Assembly (NCBI RefSeq): GCF_009914755.1
Contig: NC_060948.1
Length of the DNA: 64,000 bases
Strand: one strand, 5' to 3'
Source: the human T2T-CHM13v2.0 reference genome, Homo sapiens
Position 1 is the stretch's first letter. Every line of letters starts with the position of its first letter. A program made the position numbers and the translations under genes. Below, piece by piece: positions 42,301-57,242 of the stretch. Below the pieces are notes generated by a model, which searched no databases, was not told the DNA's origin, and was given only the letters and a program-made list of their open reading frames with translations.

Positions 42301-42958
42301 TTAAATGGAAATGAATCAAATTGAATAGCACGGAATTGAATTGAATGGAATGGAATGCAATGGAATCTAATGAAACGGAAAGGAAAGGAATGGAATGGAA
42401 TGGAATGGGCTGGAATGGATAGGAATCGAAACGAATGGAATGGAATCGAAGTGAAGAGACTGTAATGGAATGCACTGGAATGGAAGGGAGTGTAATGGAA
42501 GGCTCTCGAAAAAAATGGAATCGAATGGAATGGAATTGAATGGAACGGAATAGAGTCGAATGGAATTGAATGGAATGGAATGGACTAGAGTGAAATGGAA
42601 TCGAACCACAAGGAATGGACAGGAATAGAATGGTCTCGAATTGAATGGAATCGTATGGAATGCAATCAAACGGAATGGAATGGACAGCCACGGAATGGAA
42701 TGCACTCGAATGCAATGGAGTCGAAACTAATGGACTGGAATAGAATGGACTCGACTGGTACGGACTCCAATGGAATGGAATCGAATGGAAGGGAATCGAA
42801 CGGAATGGAATCGAACGGAATGGACTCGAAGGGAAAAGACTGCAATGGAAAGGTCTCGAATGGAATGGAAATTAATGGAATGGAATGGAATCGAATGAAA
42901 TGGAGTCAAAAGGAATGGAATCGAATGGCAAGAAATCGAATGTAATGGAATCGCCAGG
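39385..42958 (+). repeat. Repeat unit U12 (3574 bp)
   Basis: Anchor spacing 3574; n=7; U11-like first half and a cluster of private variants at 41966-42664. Confidence 0.92.
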
Positions 42959-45900
42959 AATTGATGTGAACGGAACGGAATGGAATGGAATCCAAAGGAA
43001 TGGAATAGAATGGAATGGAATCGAATGGAAAGGACTCGAATGGAAATCACTCGAATAGAATGCAATTTAATAAAATAGGATCAAATGTAATGGAATGGAA
43101 TGGAAAGGAATCGAAACGAAAGGAATGGAGACAGATGGAATGGAATGGAACAGAGAGCAATGGTATAGAATGGAATGGAATCATCTGGAATGGAATTGAA
43201 TGGAATGGAATAATATGAAATGGAATGGAATGGAATGGAATGGAATGCCCTTGAATTAAATGGACTGGAATGGAATGGACTCAAACAGAGTGGAATGGAA
43301 AGTGTTGAGATAGAATGGAATGAACTCCTTTGGAATGGTGTAGTATGCAATGCAATCGACTGGCAGGGAATCAAAAGGAATGTAATCGAATGGATTGGAC
43401 TGGAATGCAATGGACTCGAATAGATTGGAAACGGAATGCAAAGGAATGGAATGGAATAGTATGGAATGCAATGGAAGGGAATGGAGTGGAATAGACTAGA
43501 GTGGAATGGAATGGACTGGAAAGCAATGGACTGGAATGGAACTTTCTTGGATGGACTGGAATCAAACGGAATGGAATGCAGTGCAATCAAATGGCATGGA
43601 ATAAAATAGAATGAAAGAGAATCAAATGGAATTGAATCGAATGGAATCGAATGGATTGGAAAGGAATAGAATGGAATGGAATGGAATGGACTCAAATGGA
43701 ATGGACTAGAATGGAATGGATTCGAATGGAAGGCAAAGGAATGGAATCTATTGGAATGGACTGTAATGGAATGGAATGGAAGGGATTGGAATGGACTCGA
43801 ATGGAATGGACTGCAATAGAAAGGATTCGAATGGAATGAAAAAGAATTGAATGGAATAGAACAGAATGGAATCAAATCGAATGAAATGGAATGGAATAGA
43901 AAGGAATGGAATGAAATGGAATGGAAAGGATTCGAATGGAATGCAATCGAATGGAATGGAATCGAACGGAATGGAATAAAATGGAAGAAAACTGGCAAGA
44001 AATGGAATCGAAATGAATGGAGTGTTATGGAACGGACTCAAAAGGAATTGAATGTAATAGAATGGAGTGGAGTGGACTCGAATATAATGGACTGGAATGG
44101 AATGAAATCACATGGAATGGGAACGAATGGAATGGAATGGAAAGGAATGGAATCGAATGGAAAGGAATCGAATGGAAGGGAATGAAATTGAATCAACACG
44201 AATGGAAGGGAATAGAATAGACTGTAATGGAATGGACTCGAATAGAATGGACACGAATGCTCAAATTAAATGGACTCGAATGGAATGGAAACGAAAGGAA
44301 TGTCATCGAATGGAATTGAATCGATTGGAATGAAATCGCATAGAATGGAGTGGAATCAAATGGAATTGAATCGAAAGGAAAGGAAGCGAATGGACTGAAA
44401 TGAAATGGAATGGAATTGAATGGAAAGTAATGCAATGGAATAGAATGGAACGAAATTTCACGGAATGGAATCAAACTGAATGGAATCAAATCAATGGAAT
44501 CAAATCAAATGGAATGGAAAGGAATTGAATGGAGTAGATTGGATTGGATGGGATTGGAATGAAATGTACTGGAAAGGACTCGAATTTCATGAAACGGAAT
44601 GGAATGAATTGGAACGGAATGGACTCGAATGGAATGGAATGTCATGGGATGGCATCAAATGGAATGACATCAAATGGAATGGAATCGAATGCAATGGAAT
44701 GCTATGGAATGGAATGGAATGCATTGGAATGGAATGTCCTCTAATGGAATGGATTCGAGTGGAATGGATTTGAATATAATGGAGTCGAATGAAATGGAAT
44801 TGAAAGGAATGGGATCGAATACAATGGAATATACAGGAATGTAACGTAATGAACTCGAATGTAATTGACTGGAATGGAATGTACATGAATGGAATGTAAT
44901 CGAATGGAAAGTAATCCAATGGAATAGAATCTAATGCAATAAAATCGACTCAGATAGAGTAGAATGTAATGGAATGGAGTGCAGTGCAATGGAATGGAAT
45001 GGAATGGAATGCAATGTAATGGAATGGAATGGAATGGAATGGGATGGAATGGTATGGAATGGATAGTAATGGACTGGAGTGAAATGGACTGGAAAGGAAT
45101 GGACTCAAATTGAAAGGGCTCGAAAGGAATGGAGTCAAATGGAATGGTCTGGAATGGAATGAACACGAATGTAATGCAACCCAATAGAATGGAATCGAAT
45201 GGCATGGAATATAAAGAAATGGAATCGAAGAGAATGGAAACAAATGGAATGGAATTGAATGGAATGGAATTGAATGGAATGGGAACGAATGGAGTGAAAT
45301 TGTATGCAGTAGAAGAGAATAGAATGGAATGCAAGCGAAAGGAAAGGAATGGATTGGAATGGAATGGAATTCATTGGAATGGAAGGGAATGTAGTGTAAT
45401 GGACAGGCCTGGAATAAAGTGGAATGCTACGGTCTCGAATGGAATAAAAATGTATGGAATGGAATGCAATGAAACGGAATCGAATGTCATAGAATGTAAT
45501 GGAATGCAAAAAAATGGAATCCAAAATCATTGACTGGAAAGGCTGGGTGTCGAAAGGAATTGACTCCAATGGAATGGAATCGAATGGAATGGAAGTGAAT
45601 AGAATCGAACTAAATCGAATGGAATGGAATTGATAGGAACGGAATGGAAAGGAATGCAATGATTTGGCATGGAATGGAATCGAATGGCATCGAATGGAAT
45701 GGAATGGAATGCATGGAATGGAATGTATTAGAATGTAATGAACTTTAATGGAATGTACTCGAATGGATTCGACTGGAATGGAATGTTCTGGAAGTGAATG
45801 GACTCCAATGGAATGGATTCAAAAGGAATGGAATCGTACGGAATGGAATCTAATGGAATGGAATTAAATGGAAATGAATCAAATTGAATAGCACGGAATT

Positions 45901-46521
45901 GAATTGAATGGAATGGAATGCAATGGAATCTAATGAAACGGAAAGGAAAGGAATGGAATGGAATGGAATGGGCTGGAATGGAAAGGAATCGAAACGAATG
46001 GAATGGAATCGAAGTGAAGAGACTGGAATGGAATGCACTGGAATGGAAGGGAGTGTAATGGAAGGTTCTCGAAAAAAATGGAATCGAATGGAATGGAATT
46101 GAATGGAACGGAATAGAGTCGAATGGAATTGAATGGAATGGAATGGACTAGAGTGAAATGGAATCGAACCACAAGGAATGGACAGGAATAGAATGGTCTC
46201 GAATTGAATGGAATCGTATGGAATGGCATCAAACGGAATGGAATGGACAGCCACGGAATGGAATGCACTCGAATGCAATGGAGTCGAAACTAATGGACTG
46301 GAATAGAATGGACTCGACTGGTACGGACTCCAATGGAATGGAATCGAATGGAAGGGAATCGAACGGAATGGAATCGAACGGAATGGACTCGAAGGGAAAA
46401 GACTGCAATGGAAAGGTCTCGAATGGAATGGAAATTAATGGAATGGAATGGAATCGAATGAAATGGAGTCAAAAGGAATGGAATCGAATGGCAAGAAATC
46501 GAATGTAATGGAATCGCCAGG
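42959..46521 (+). repeat. Repeat unit U13 (3563 bp)
   Basis: Anchor spacing 3563, explained by an inner tract of 5 pentamers plus a 1-bp deletion (GCAT at 45711). Confidence 0.92.
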
Positions 46522-49500
46522 AATTGATGTGAACGGAACGGAATGGAATGGAATCCAAAGGAATGGAATAGAATGGAATGGAATCGAATGGAAAGGACTC
46601 GAATGGAAATCACTCGAATAGAATGCAATTTAATAAAATAGGATCAAATGTAATGGAATGGAATGGAAAGGAATCGAAACGAAAGGAATGGAGACAGATG
46701 GAATGGAATGGAACAGAGAGCAATGGTATAGAATGGAATGGAATCATCTGGAATGGAATTGAATGGAATGGAATAATATGAAATGGAATGGAATGGAATG
46801 GAATGGAATGCCCTTGAATTAAATGGACTGGAATGGAATGGACTCAAACAGAGTGGAATGGAAAGTGTGGAGATAGAATGGAATGAACTCCTTTGGAATG
46901 GTGTAGTATGCAATGCAATCGACTGGCAGGGAGTCAAAAGGTATGTAATCGAATGGATTGGACTGGAATGCAAAGGACTCGAATAGATTGGAAACGGAAT
47001 GCAAAGGAATGGAATGGAATAGTATGGAATGCAATGGAAGGGAATGCAGTGGAATAGACTAGAGTGGAATGGAATGGACTGGAAAGCAATGGACTGGAAT
47101 GGAACTTTCTTGGATGGACTGGAATCAAACGGAATGGAATGCAGTGCAATCAAATGGCATGGAATAAAATAGAATGAAAGAGAATCAAATGGAATTGAAT
47201 CGAATGGAATCGAATGGATTGGAAAGGAATAGAATGGAATGGAATGGAATTGACTCAAATGGAATGGACTAGAATGGAATGGATTCGAATGGAAGGCAAA
47301 GGAATGGAATCTATTGGAATGGACTGTAATGGAATGGAATGGAAGGGATTGGAATGGACTCGAATGGAATGGACTGCAATAGAAAGGATTCGAATGGAAT
47401 GAAAAAGAATTGAATGGAATAGAACAGAATGGAATCAAATCGAATGAAATGGAATGGAATAGAAAGGAATGGAATGAAATGGAATGGAAAGGATTCGAAT
47501 GGAATGCAATCGAATGGAATGGAATCGAACGGAATGGAATAAAATGGAAGAAAACTGGCAAGAAATGGAATCGAAATGAATGGAGTGTTATGGAACGGAC
47601 TCAAAAGGAATTGAATGTAATAGAATGGAGTGGAGTGGACTCGAATATAATGGACTGGAATGGAATGAAATCACATGGAATGGGAACGAATGGAATGGAA
47701 TGGAAAGGAATGGAATCGAATGGAAAGGAATCGAATGGAAGGGAATGAAATTGAATCAACAGGAATGGAAGGGAATAGAATAGACTGTAATGGAATGGAC
47801 TCGAATAGAATGGACACGAATGCTCAAATTAAATGGACTCGAATGGAATGGAAACGAAAGGAATGTCATCGAATGGAATTGAATCGATTGGAATGAAATC
47901 GCATAGAATGGAGTGGAATCAAATGGAATTGAATCGAAAGGAAAGGAAGCGAATGGACTGAAATGAAATGGAATGGAATTGAATGGAAAGTAATGCAATG
48001 GAATAGAATGGAACGAAATTTCACGGAATGGAATCAAACTGAATGGAATCAAATCAATGGAATCAAATCAAATGGAATGGAAAGGAATTGAATGGAGTAG
48101 ATGGGATTGGATGGGATTGGAATGAAATATACTGGAAAGGACTCGAATTTCATGAAACGGAATGGAATGAATTGGAACGGAATGGACTCGAATGGAATGG
48201 AATGTCATGGGATGGCATCAAATGGAATGACATCAAATGGAATGGAATCGAATGCAATGGAATGCTATGGAATGGAATGGAATGCATTGGAATGGAATGT
48301 CCGCTAATGGAATGGATTCGAGTGGAATGGAATTGAATATAATGGAGTCGAATGAAATGGAATTGAAAGGAATGGGATCGAATACAATGGAATATACTGG
48401 AATGTAACGTAATGAACTCGAATGTAATTGACTGGAATGGAATGTACATGAATGGAATGTAATCGAATGGAAAGTAATCCAATGGAATAGAATCTAATGC
48501 AATAAAATCGACTCAGATAGAGTAGAATGTAATGGAATGGAGTGCAGTGCAATGGAATGGAATGGAATGGAATGCAATGGAATGGAATGGAATGGAATAG
48601 AATGGAATGGAATGGAATGGGATGGAATGGGATGGAATGGTATGGAATGGATAGTAATGGACTGGAGTGAAATGGACTGGAAAGGAATGGACTCAAATTG
48701 AAAGGTCTCGAAAGGAATGGAGTCAAATGGAATGGTCTGGAATGGAATGAACACGAATGTAATGCAACCCAATAGAATGGAATCGAATGGCATGGAATAT
48801 AAAGAAATGGAATCGAAGAGAATGGAAACAAATGGAATGGAATTGAATGGAATGGAATTGAATGGAATGGGAACGAATGGAGTGAAATTGTATGCAGTAG
48901 AAGAGAATAGAATGGAATGCAAGCGAAAGGAAAGGAATGGATTGGAATGGAATGGAATTCATTGGAATGGAAGGGAATGTAGTGTAATGGACAGGCCTGG
49001 AATAAAGTGGAATGCTACGGTCTCGAATGGAATAAAAATGTATGGAATGGAATGCAATGAAACGGAATCGAATGTCATAGAATGTAATGGAATGCAAAAA
49101 AATGGAATCCAAAATCATTGACTGGAAAGGCTGGGTGTCGAAAGGAATTGACTCCAATGGAATGGAATCGAATGGAATGGAAGTGAATAGAATCGAACTA
49201 AATCGAATGGAATGGAATTGATAGGAACGGAATGGAAAGGAATGCAATGATTTGGCATGGAATGGAATCGAATGGCATCGAATGGAATGGAATGGAATGC
49301 AATGGAATGGAATGTATTAGAATGTAATGAACTTTAATGGAATGTACTCGAATGGATTCGACTGGAATGGAATGTTCTGGAAGTGAATGGACTCCAATGG
49401 AATGGATTCAAAAGGAATGGAATCGTACGGAATGGAATCTAATGGAATGGAATTAAATGGAAATGAATCAAATTGAATAGCACGGAATTGAATTGAATGG

Positions 49501-50095
49501 AATGGAATGCAATGGAATCTAATGAAACGGAAAGGAAAGGAATGGAATGGAATGGAATGGGCTGGAATGGAAAGGAATCGAAACGAATGGAATGGAATCG
49601 AAGTGAAGAGACTGGAATGGAATGCACTGGAATGGAAGGGAGTGTAATGCAAGGTTCTCGAAAAAAATGGAATCGAATGGAATGGAATTGAATGGAACGG
49701 AATAGAGTCGAATGGAATTGAATGGAATGGAATGGACTAGAGTGAAATGGAATCGAACCACAAGGAATGGACAGGAATAGAATGGTCTCGAATTGAATGG
49801 AATCGTATGGAATGGCATCAAACGGAATGGAATGGACAGCCACGGAATGGAATGCACTCGAATGCAATGGAGTCGAAACTAATGGACTGGAATAGAATGG
49901 ACTCGACTGGTACGGACTCCAATGGAATGGAATCGAATGGAAGGGAATCGAACGGAATGGACTCGAAGGGAAAAGACTGCAATGGAAAGGTCTCGAATGG
50001 AATGGAAATTAATGGAATGGAATGGAATCGAATGAAATGGAGTCAAAAGGAATGGAATCGAATGGCAAGAAATCGAATGTAATGGAATCGCCAGG
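46522..50095 (+). repeat. Repeat unit U14 (3574 bp)
   Basis: Anchor spacing 3574, explained by a +10 bp GGGATGGAAT duplication and a 15-bp deletion (about 49950). Confidence 0.92.
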
Positions 50096-53000
50096 AATTG
50101 ATGTGAACGGAACGGAATGGAATGGAATCCAAAGGAATGGAATAGAATGGAATGGAATCGAATGGAAAGGACTCGAATGGAAATCACTCGAATAGAATGC
50201 AATTTAATAAAATAGGATCAAATGTAATGGAATGGAATGGAAAGGAATCGAAACGAAAGGAATGGAGACAGATGGAATGGAATGGAACAGAGAGCAATGG
50301 TATAGAATGGAATGGAATCATCTGGAATGGAATTGAATGGAATGGAATAATATGAAATGGAATGGAATGGAATGGAATGGAATGCCCTTGAATTAAATGG
50401 ACTGGAATGGAATGGACTCAAACAGAGTGGAATGGAAAGTGTGGAGATAGAATGGAATGAACTCCTTTGGAATGGTGTAGTATGCAATGCAATCGACTGG
50501 CAGGGAATCAAAAGGAATGTAATCGAATGGATTGGACTGGAATGCAATGGACTCGAATAGATTGGAAACGGAATGCAAAGGAATGGAATGGAATAGTATG
50601 GAATGCAATGGAAGGGAATGGAGTGGAATAGACTAGAGTGGAATGGAATGGACTGGAAAGCAATGGACTGGAATGGAACTTTCTTGGATGGACTGGAATC
50701 AAACGGAATGGAATGCAGTGCAATCAAATGGCATGGAATAAAATAGAATGAAAGAGAATCAAATGGAATTGAATCGAATGGAATCGAATGGATTGGAAAG
50801 GAATAGAATGGAATGGAATGGAATTGACTCAAATGGAATGGACTAGAATGGAATGGATTCGAATGGAAGGCAAAGGAATGGAATCTATTGGAATGGACTG
50901 TAATGGAATGGAATGGAAGGGATTGGAATGGACTCGAATGGAATGGACTGCAATAGAAAGGATTCGAATGGAATGAAAAAGAATTGAATGGAATAGAACA
51001 GAATGGAATCAAATCGAATGAAATGGAATGGAATAGAAAGGAATGGAATGAAATGGAATGGAAAGGATTCGAATGGAATGCAATCGAATGGAATGGAATC
51101 GAACGGAATGGAATAAAATGGAAGAAAACTGGCAAGAAATGGAATCGAAATGAATGGAGTGTTATGGAACGGACTCAAAAGGAATTGAATGTAATAGAAT
51201 GGAGTGGAGTGGACTCGAATATAATGGACTGGAATGGAATGAAATCACATGGAATGGGAACGAATGGAATGGAATGGAAAGGAATGGAATCGAATGGAAA
51301 GGAATCGAATGGAAGGGAATGAAATTGAATCAACACGAATGGAAGGGAATAGAATAGACTGTAATGGAATGGACTCGAATAGAATGGACACGAATGCTCA
51401 AATTAAATGGACTCGAATGGAATGGAAACGAAAGGAATGTCATCGAATGGAATTGAATCGATTGGAATGAAATCGCATAGAATGGAGTGGAATCAAATGG
51501 AATTGAATCGAAAGGAAAGGAAGCGAATGGACTGAAATGAAATGGAATGGAATTGAATGGAAAGTAATGCAATGGAATAGAATGGAACGAAATTTCACGG
51601 AATGGAATCAAACTGAATGGAATCAAATCAATGGAATCAAATCAAATGGAATGGAAAGGAATTGAATGGAGTAGATGGGATTGGATGGGATTGGAATGAA
51701 ATGTACTGGAAAGGACTCGAATTTCATGAAACGGAATGGAATGAATTGGAACGGAATGGACTCGAATGGAATGGAATGTCATGGGATGGCATCAAATGGA
51801 ATGACATCAAATGGAATGGAATCGAATGCAATGGAATGCTATGGAATGGAATGGAATGCATTGGAATGGAATGTCCGCTAATGGAATGGATTCGAGTGGA
51901 ATGGAATTGAATATAATGGAGTCGAATGAAATGGAATTGAAAGGAATGGGATCGAATACAATGGAATATACTGGAATGTAACGTAATGAACTCGAATGTA
52001 ATTGACTGGAATGGAATGTACATGAATGGAATGTAATCGAATGGAAAGTAATCCAATGGAATAGAATCTAATGCAATAAAATCGACTCAGATAGAGTAGA
52101 ATGTAATGGAATGGAGTGCAGTGCAATGGAATGGAATGGAATGGAATGCAATGGAATGGAATGGAATGGAATGGAATGGAATGGAATGGAATGGGATGGA
52201 ATGGGATGGAATGGTATGGAATGGATAGTAATGGACTGGAGTGAAATGGACTGGAAAGGAATGGACTCAAATTGAAAGGTCTCGAAAGGAATGGAGTCAA
52301 ATGGAATGGTCTGGAATGGAATGAACACGAATGTAATGCAACCCAATAGAATGGAATCGAATGGCATGGAATATAAAGAAATGGAATCGAAGAGAATGGA
52401 AACAAATGGAATGGAATTGAATGGAATGGAATTGAATGGAATGGGAACGAATGGAGTGAAATTGTATGCAGTAGAAGAGAATAGAATGGAATGCAAGCGA
52501 AAGGAAAGGAATGGATTGGAATGGAATGGAATTCATTGGAATGGAAGGGAATGTAGTGTAATGGACAGGCCTGGAATAAAGTGGAATGCTACGGTCTCGA
52601 ATGGAATAAAAATGTATGGAATGGAATGCAATGAAACGGAATCGAATGTCATAGAATGTAATGGAATGCAAAAAAATGGAATCCAAAATCATTGACTGGA
52701 AAGGCTGGGTGTCGAAAGGAATTGACTCCAATGGAATGGAATCGAATGGAATGGAAGTGAATAGAATCGAACTAAATCGAATGGAATGGAATTGATAGGA
52801 ACGGAATGGAAAGGAATGCAATGATTTGGCATGGAATGGAATCGAATGGCATCGAATGGAATGGAATGGAATGCAATGGAATGGAATGTATTAGAATGTA
52901 ATGAACTTTAATGGAATGTACTCGAATGGATTCGACTGGAATGGAATGTTCTGGAAGTGAATGGACTCCAATGGAATGGATTCAAAAGGAATGGAATCGT

Positions 53001-53669
53001 ACGGAATGGAATCTAATGGAATGGAATTAAATGGAAATGAATCAAATTGAATAGCACGGAATTGAATTGAATGGAATGGAATGCAATGGAATCTAATGAA
53101 ACGGAAAGGAAAGGAATGGAATGGAATGGAATGGGCTGGAATGGAAAGGAATCGAAACGAATGGAATGGAATCGAAGTGAAGAGACTGGAATGGAATGCA
53201 CTGGAATGGAAGGGAGTGTAATGCAAGGTTCTCGAAAAAAATGGAATCGAATGGAATGGAATTGAATGGAACGGAATAGAGTCGAATGGAATTGAATGGA
53301 ATGGAATGGACTAGAGTGAAATGGAATCGAACCACAAGGAATGGACAGGAATAGAATGGTCTCGAATTGAATGGAATCGTATGGAATGGCATCAAACGGA
53401 ATGGAATGGACAGCCACGGAATGGAATGCACTCGAATGCAATGGAGTCGAAACTAATGGACTGGAATAGAATGGACTCGACTGGTACGGACTCCAATGGA
53501 ATGGAATCGAATGGAAGGGAATCGAACGGAATGGACTCGAAGGGAAAAGACTGCAATGGAAAGGTCTCGAATGGAATGGAAATTAATGGAATGGAATGGA
53601 ATCGAATGAAATGGAGTCAAAAGGAATGGAATCGAATGGCAAGAAATCGAATGTAATGGAATCGCCAGG
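50096..53669 (+). repeat. Repeat unit U15 (3574 bp)
   Basis: Anchor spacing 3574; same +10/-15 indels as U14. Confidence 0.92.
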
Positions 53670-56600
53670 AATTGATGTGAACGGAACGGAATGGAATGGA
53701 ATCCAAAGGAATGGAATAGAATGGAATGGAATCGAATGGAAAGGACTCGAATGGAAATCACTCGAATAGAATGCAATTTAATAAAATAGGATCAAATGTA
53801 ATGGAATGGAATGGAAAGGAATCGAAACGAAAGGAATGGAGACAGATGGAATGGAATGGAACAGAGAGCAATGGTATAGAATGGAATGGAATCATCTGGA
53901 ATGGAATTGAATGGAATGGAATAATATGAAATGGAATGGAATGGAATGGAATGGAATGCCCTTGAATTAAATGGACTGGAATGGAATGGACTCAAACAGA
54001 GTGGAATGGAAAGTGTGGAGATAGAATGGAATGAACTCCTTTGGAATGGTGTAGTATGCAATGCAATCGACTGGCAGGGAATCAAAAGGAATGTAATCGA
54101 ATGGATTGGACTGGAATGCAATGGACTCGAATAGATTGGAAACGGAATGCAAAGGAATGGAATGGAATAGTATGGAATGCAATGGAAGGGAATGGAGTGG
54201 AATAGACTAGAGTGGAATGGAATGGACTGGAAAGCAATGGACTGGAATGGAACTTTCTTGGATGGACTGGAATCAAACGGAATGGAATGCAGTGCAATCA
54301 AATGGCATGGAATAAAATAGAATGAAAGAGAATCAAATGGAATTGAATCGAATGGAATCGAATGGATTGGAAAGGAATAGAATGGAATGGAATGGAATTG
54401 ACTCAAATGGAATGGACTAGAATGGAATGGATTCGAATGGAAGGCAAAGGAATGGAATCTATTGGAATGGACTGTAATGGAATGGAATGGAAGGGATTGG
54501 AATGGACTCGAATGGAATGGACTGCAATAGAAAGGATTCGAATGGAATGAAAAAGAATTGAATGGAATAGAACAGAATGGAATCAAATCGAATGAAATGG
54601 AATGGAATAGAAAGGAATGGAATGAAATGGAATGGAAAGGATTCGAATGGAATGCAATCGAATGGAATGGAATCGAACGGAATGGAATAAAATGGAAGAA
54701 AACTGGCAAGAAATGGAATCGAAATGAATGGAGTGTTATGGAACGGACTCAAAAGGAATTGAATGTAATAGAATGGAGTGGAGTGGACTCGAATATAATG
54801 GACTGGAATGGAATGAAATCACATGGAATGGGAACGAATGGAATGGAATGGAAAGGAATGGAATCGAATGGAAAGGAATCGAATGGAAGGGAATGAAATT
54901 GAATCAACACGAATGGAAGGGAATAGAATAGACTGTAATGGAATGGACTCGAATAGAATGGACACGAATGCTCAAATTAAATGGACTCGAATGGAATGGA
55001 AACGAAAGGAATGTCATCGAATGGAATTGAATCGATTGGAATGAAATCGCATAGAATGGAGTGGAATCAAATGGAATTGAATCGAAAGGAAAGGAAGCGA
55101 ATGGACTGAAATGAAATGGAATGGAATTGAATGGAAAGTAATGCAATGGAATAGAATGGAACGAAATTTCACGGAATGGAATCAAACTGAATGGAATCAA
55201 ATCAATGGAATCAAATCAAATGGAATGGAAAGGAATTGAATGGAGTAGATTGGATTGGATGGGATTGGAATGAAATGTACTGGAAAGGACTCGAATTTCA
55301 TGAAACGGAATGGAATGAATTGGAACGGAATGGACTCGAATGGAATGGAATGTCATGGGATGGCATCAAATGGAATGACATCAAATGGAATGGAATCGAA
55401 TGCAATGGAATGCTATGGAATGGAATGGAATGCATTGGAATGGAATGTCCTATAATGGAATGGATTCGAGTGGAATGGAATTGAATATAATGGAGTCGAA
55501 TGAAATGGAATTGAAAGGAATGGGATCGAATACAATGGAATATACAGGAATGTAACGTAATGAACTCGAATGTAATTGACTGGAATGGAATGTACATGAA
55601 TGGAATGTAATCGAATGGAAAGTAATCCAATGGAATAGAATCTAATGCAATAAAATCGACTCAGATAGAGTAGAATGTAATGGAATGGAGTGCAGTGCAA
55701 TGGAATGGAATGGAATGGAATGCAATGGAATGGAATGGAATGGAATGTAATGGAATGGAATGGGATGGAATGGTATGGAATGGATAGTAATGGACTGGAG
55801 TGAAATGGACTGGAAAGGAATGGACTCAAATTGAAAGGGCTCGAAAGGAATGGAGTCAAATGGAATGGTCTGGAATGGAATGAACACGAATGTAATGCAA
55901 CCCAATAGAATGGAATCGAATGGCATGGAATATAAAGAAATGGAATCGAAGAGAATGGAAACAAATGGAATGGAATTGAATGGAATGGAATTGAATGGAA
56001 TGGGAACGAATGGAGTGAAATTGTATGCAGTAGAAGAGAATAGAATGGAATGCAAGCGAAAGGAAAGGAATGGATTGGAATGGAATGGAATTCATTGGAA
56101 TGGAAGGGAATGTAGTGTAATGGACAGGCCTGGAATAAAGTGGAATGCTACGGTCTCGAATGGAATAAAAATGTATGGAATGGAATGCAATGAAACGGAA
56201 TCGAATGTCATAGAATGTAATGGAATGCAAAAAAATGGAATCCAAAATCATTGACTGGAAAGGCTGGGTGTCGAAAGGAATTGACTCCAATGGAATGGAA
56301 TCGAATGGAATGGAAGTGAATAGAATCGAACTAAATCGAATGGAATGGAATTGATAGGAACGGAATGGAAAGGAATGCAATGATTTGGCATGGAATGGAA
56401 TCGAATGGCATCGAATGGAATGGAATGGAATGCATGGAATGGAATGTATTAGAATGTAATGAACTTTAATGGAATGTACTCGAATGGATTCGACTGGAAT
56501 GGAATGTTCTGGAAGTGAATGGACTCCAATGGAATGGATTCAAAAGGAATGGAATCGTACGGAATGGAATCTAATGGAATGGAATTAAATGGAAATGAAT

Positions 56601-57242
56601 CAAATTGAATAGCACGGAATTGAATTGAATGGAATGGAATGCAATGGAATCTAATGAAACGGAAAGGAAAGGAATGGAATGGAATGGAATGGGCTGGAAT
56701 GGAAAGGAATCGAAACGAATGGAATGGAATCGAAGTGAAGAGACTGGAATGGAATGCACTGGAATGGAAGGGAGTGTAATGGAAGGTTCTCGAAAAAAAT
56801 GGAATCGAATGGAATGGAATTGAATGGAACGGAATAGAGTCGAATGGAATTGAATGGAATGGAATGGACTAGAGTGAAATGGAATCGAACCACAAGGAAT
56901 GGACAGGAATAGAATGGTCTCGAATTGAATGGAATCGTATGGAATGGCATCAAACGGAATGGAATGGACAGCCACGGAATGGAATGCACTCGAATGCAAT
57001 GGAGTCGAAACTAATGGACTGGAATAGAATGGACTCGACTGGTACGGACTCCAATGGAATGGAATCGAATGGAAGGGAATCGAACGGAATGGAATCGAAC
57101 GGAATGGACTCGAAGGGAAAAGACTGCAATGGAAAGGTCTCGAATGGAATGGAAATTAATGGAATGGAATGGAATCGAATGAAATGGAGTCAAAAGGAAT
57201 GGAATCGAATGGCAAGAAATCGAATGTAATGGAATCGCCAGG
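53670..57242 (+). repeat. Repeat unit U16 (3573 bp)
   Basis: Anchor spacing 3573, explained by n=7 plus the same 1-bp deletion as U13 (56432). Confidence 0.92.
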
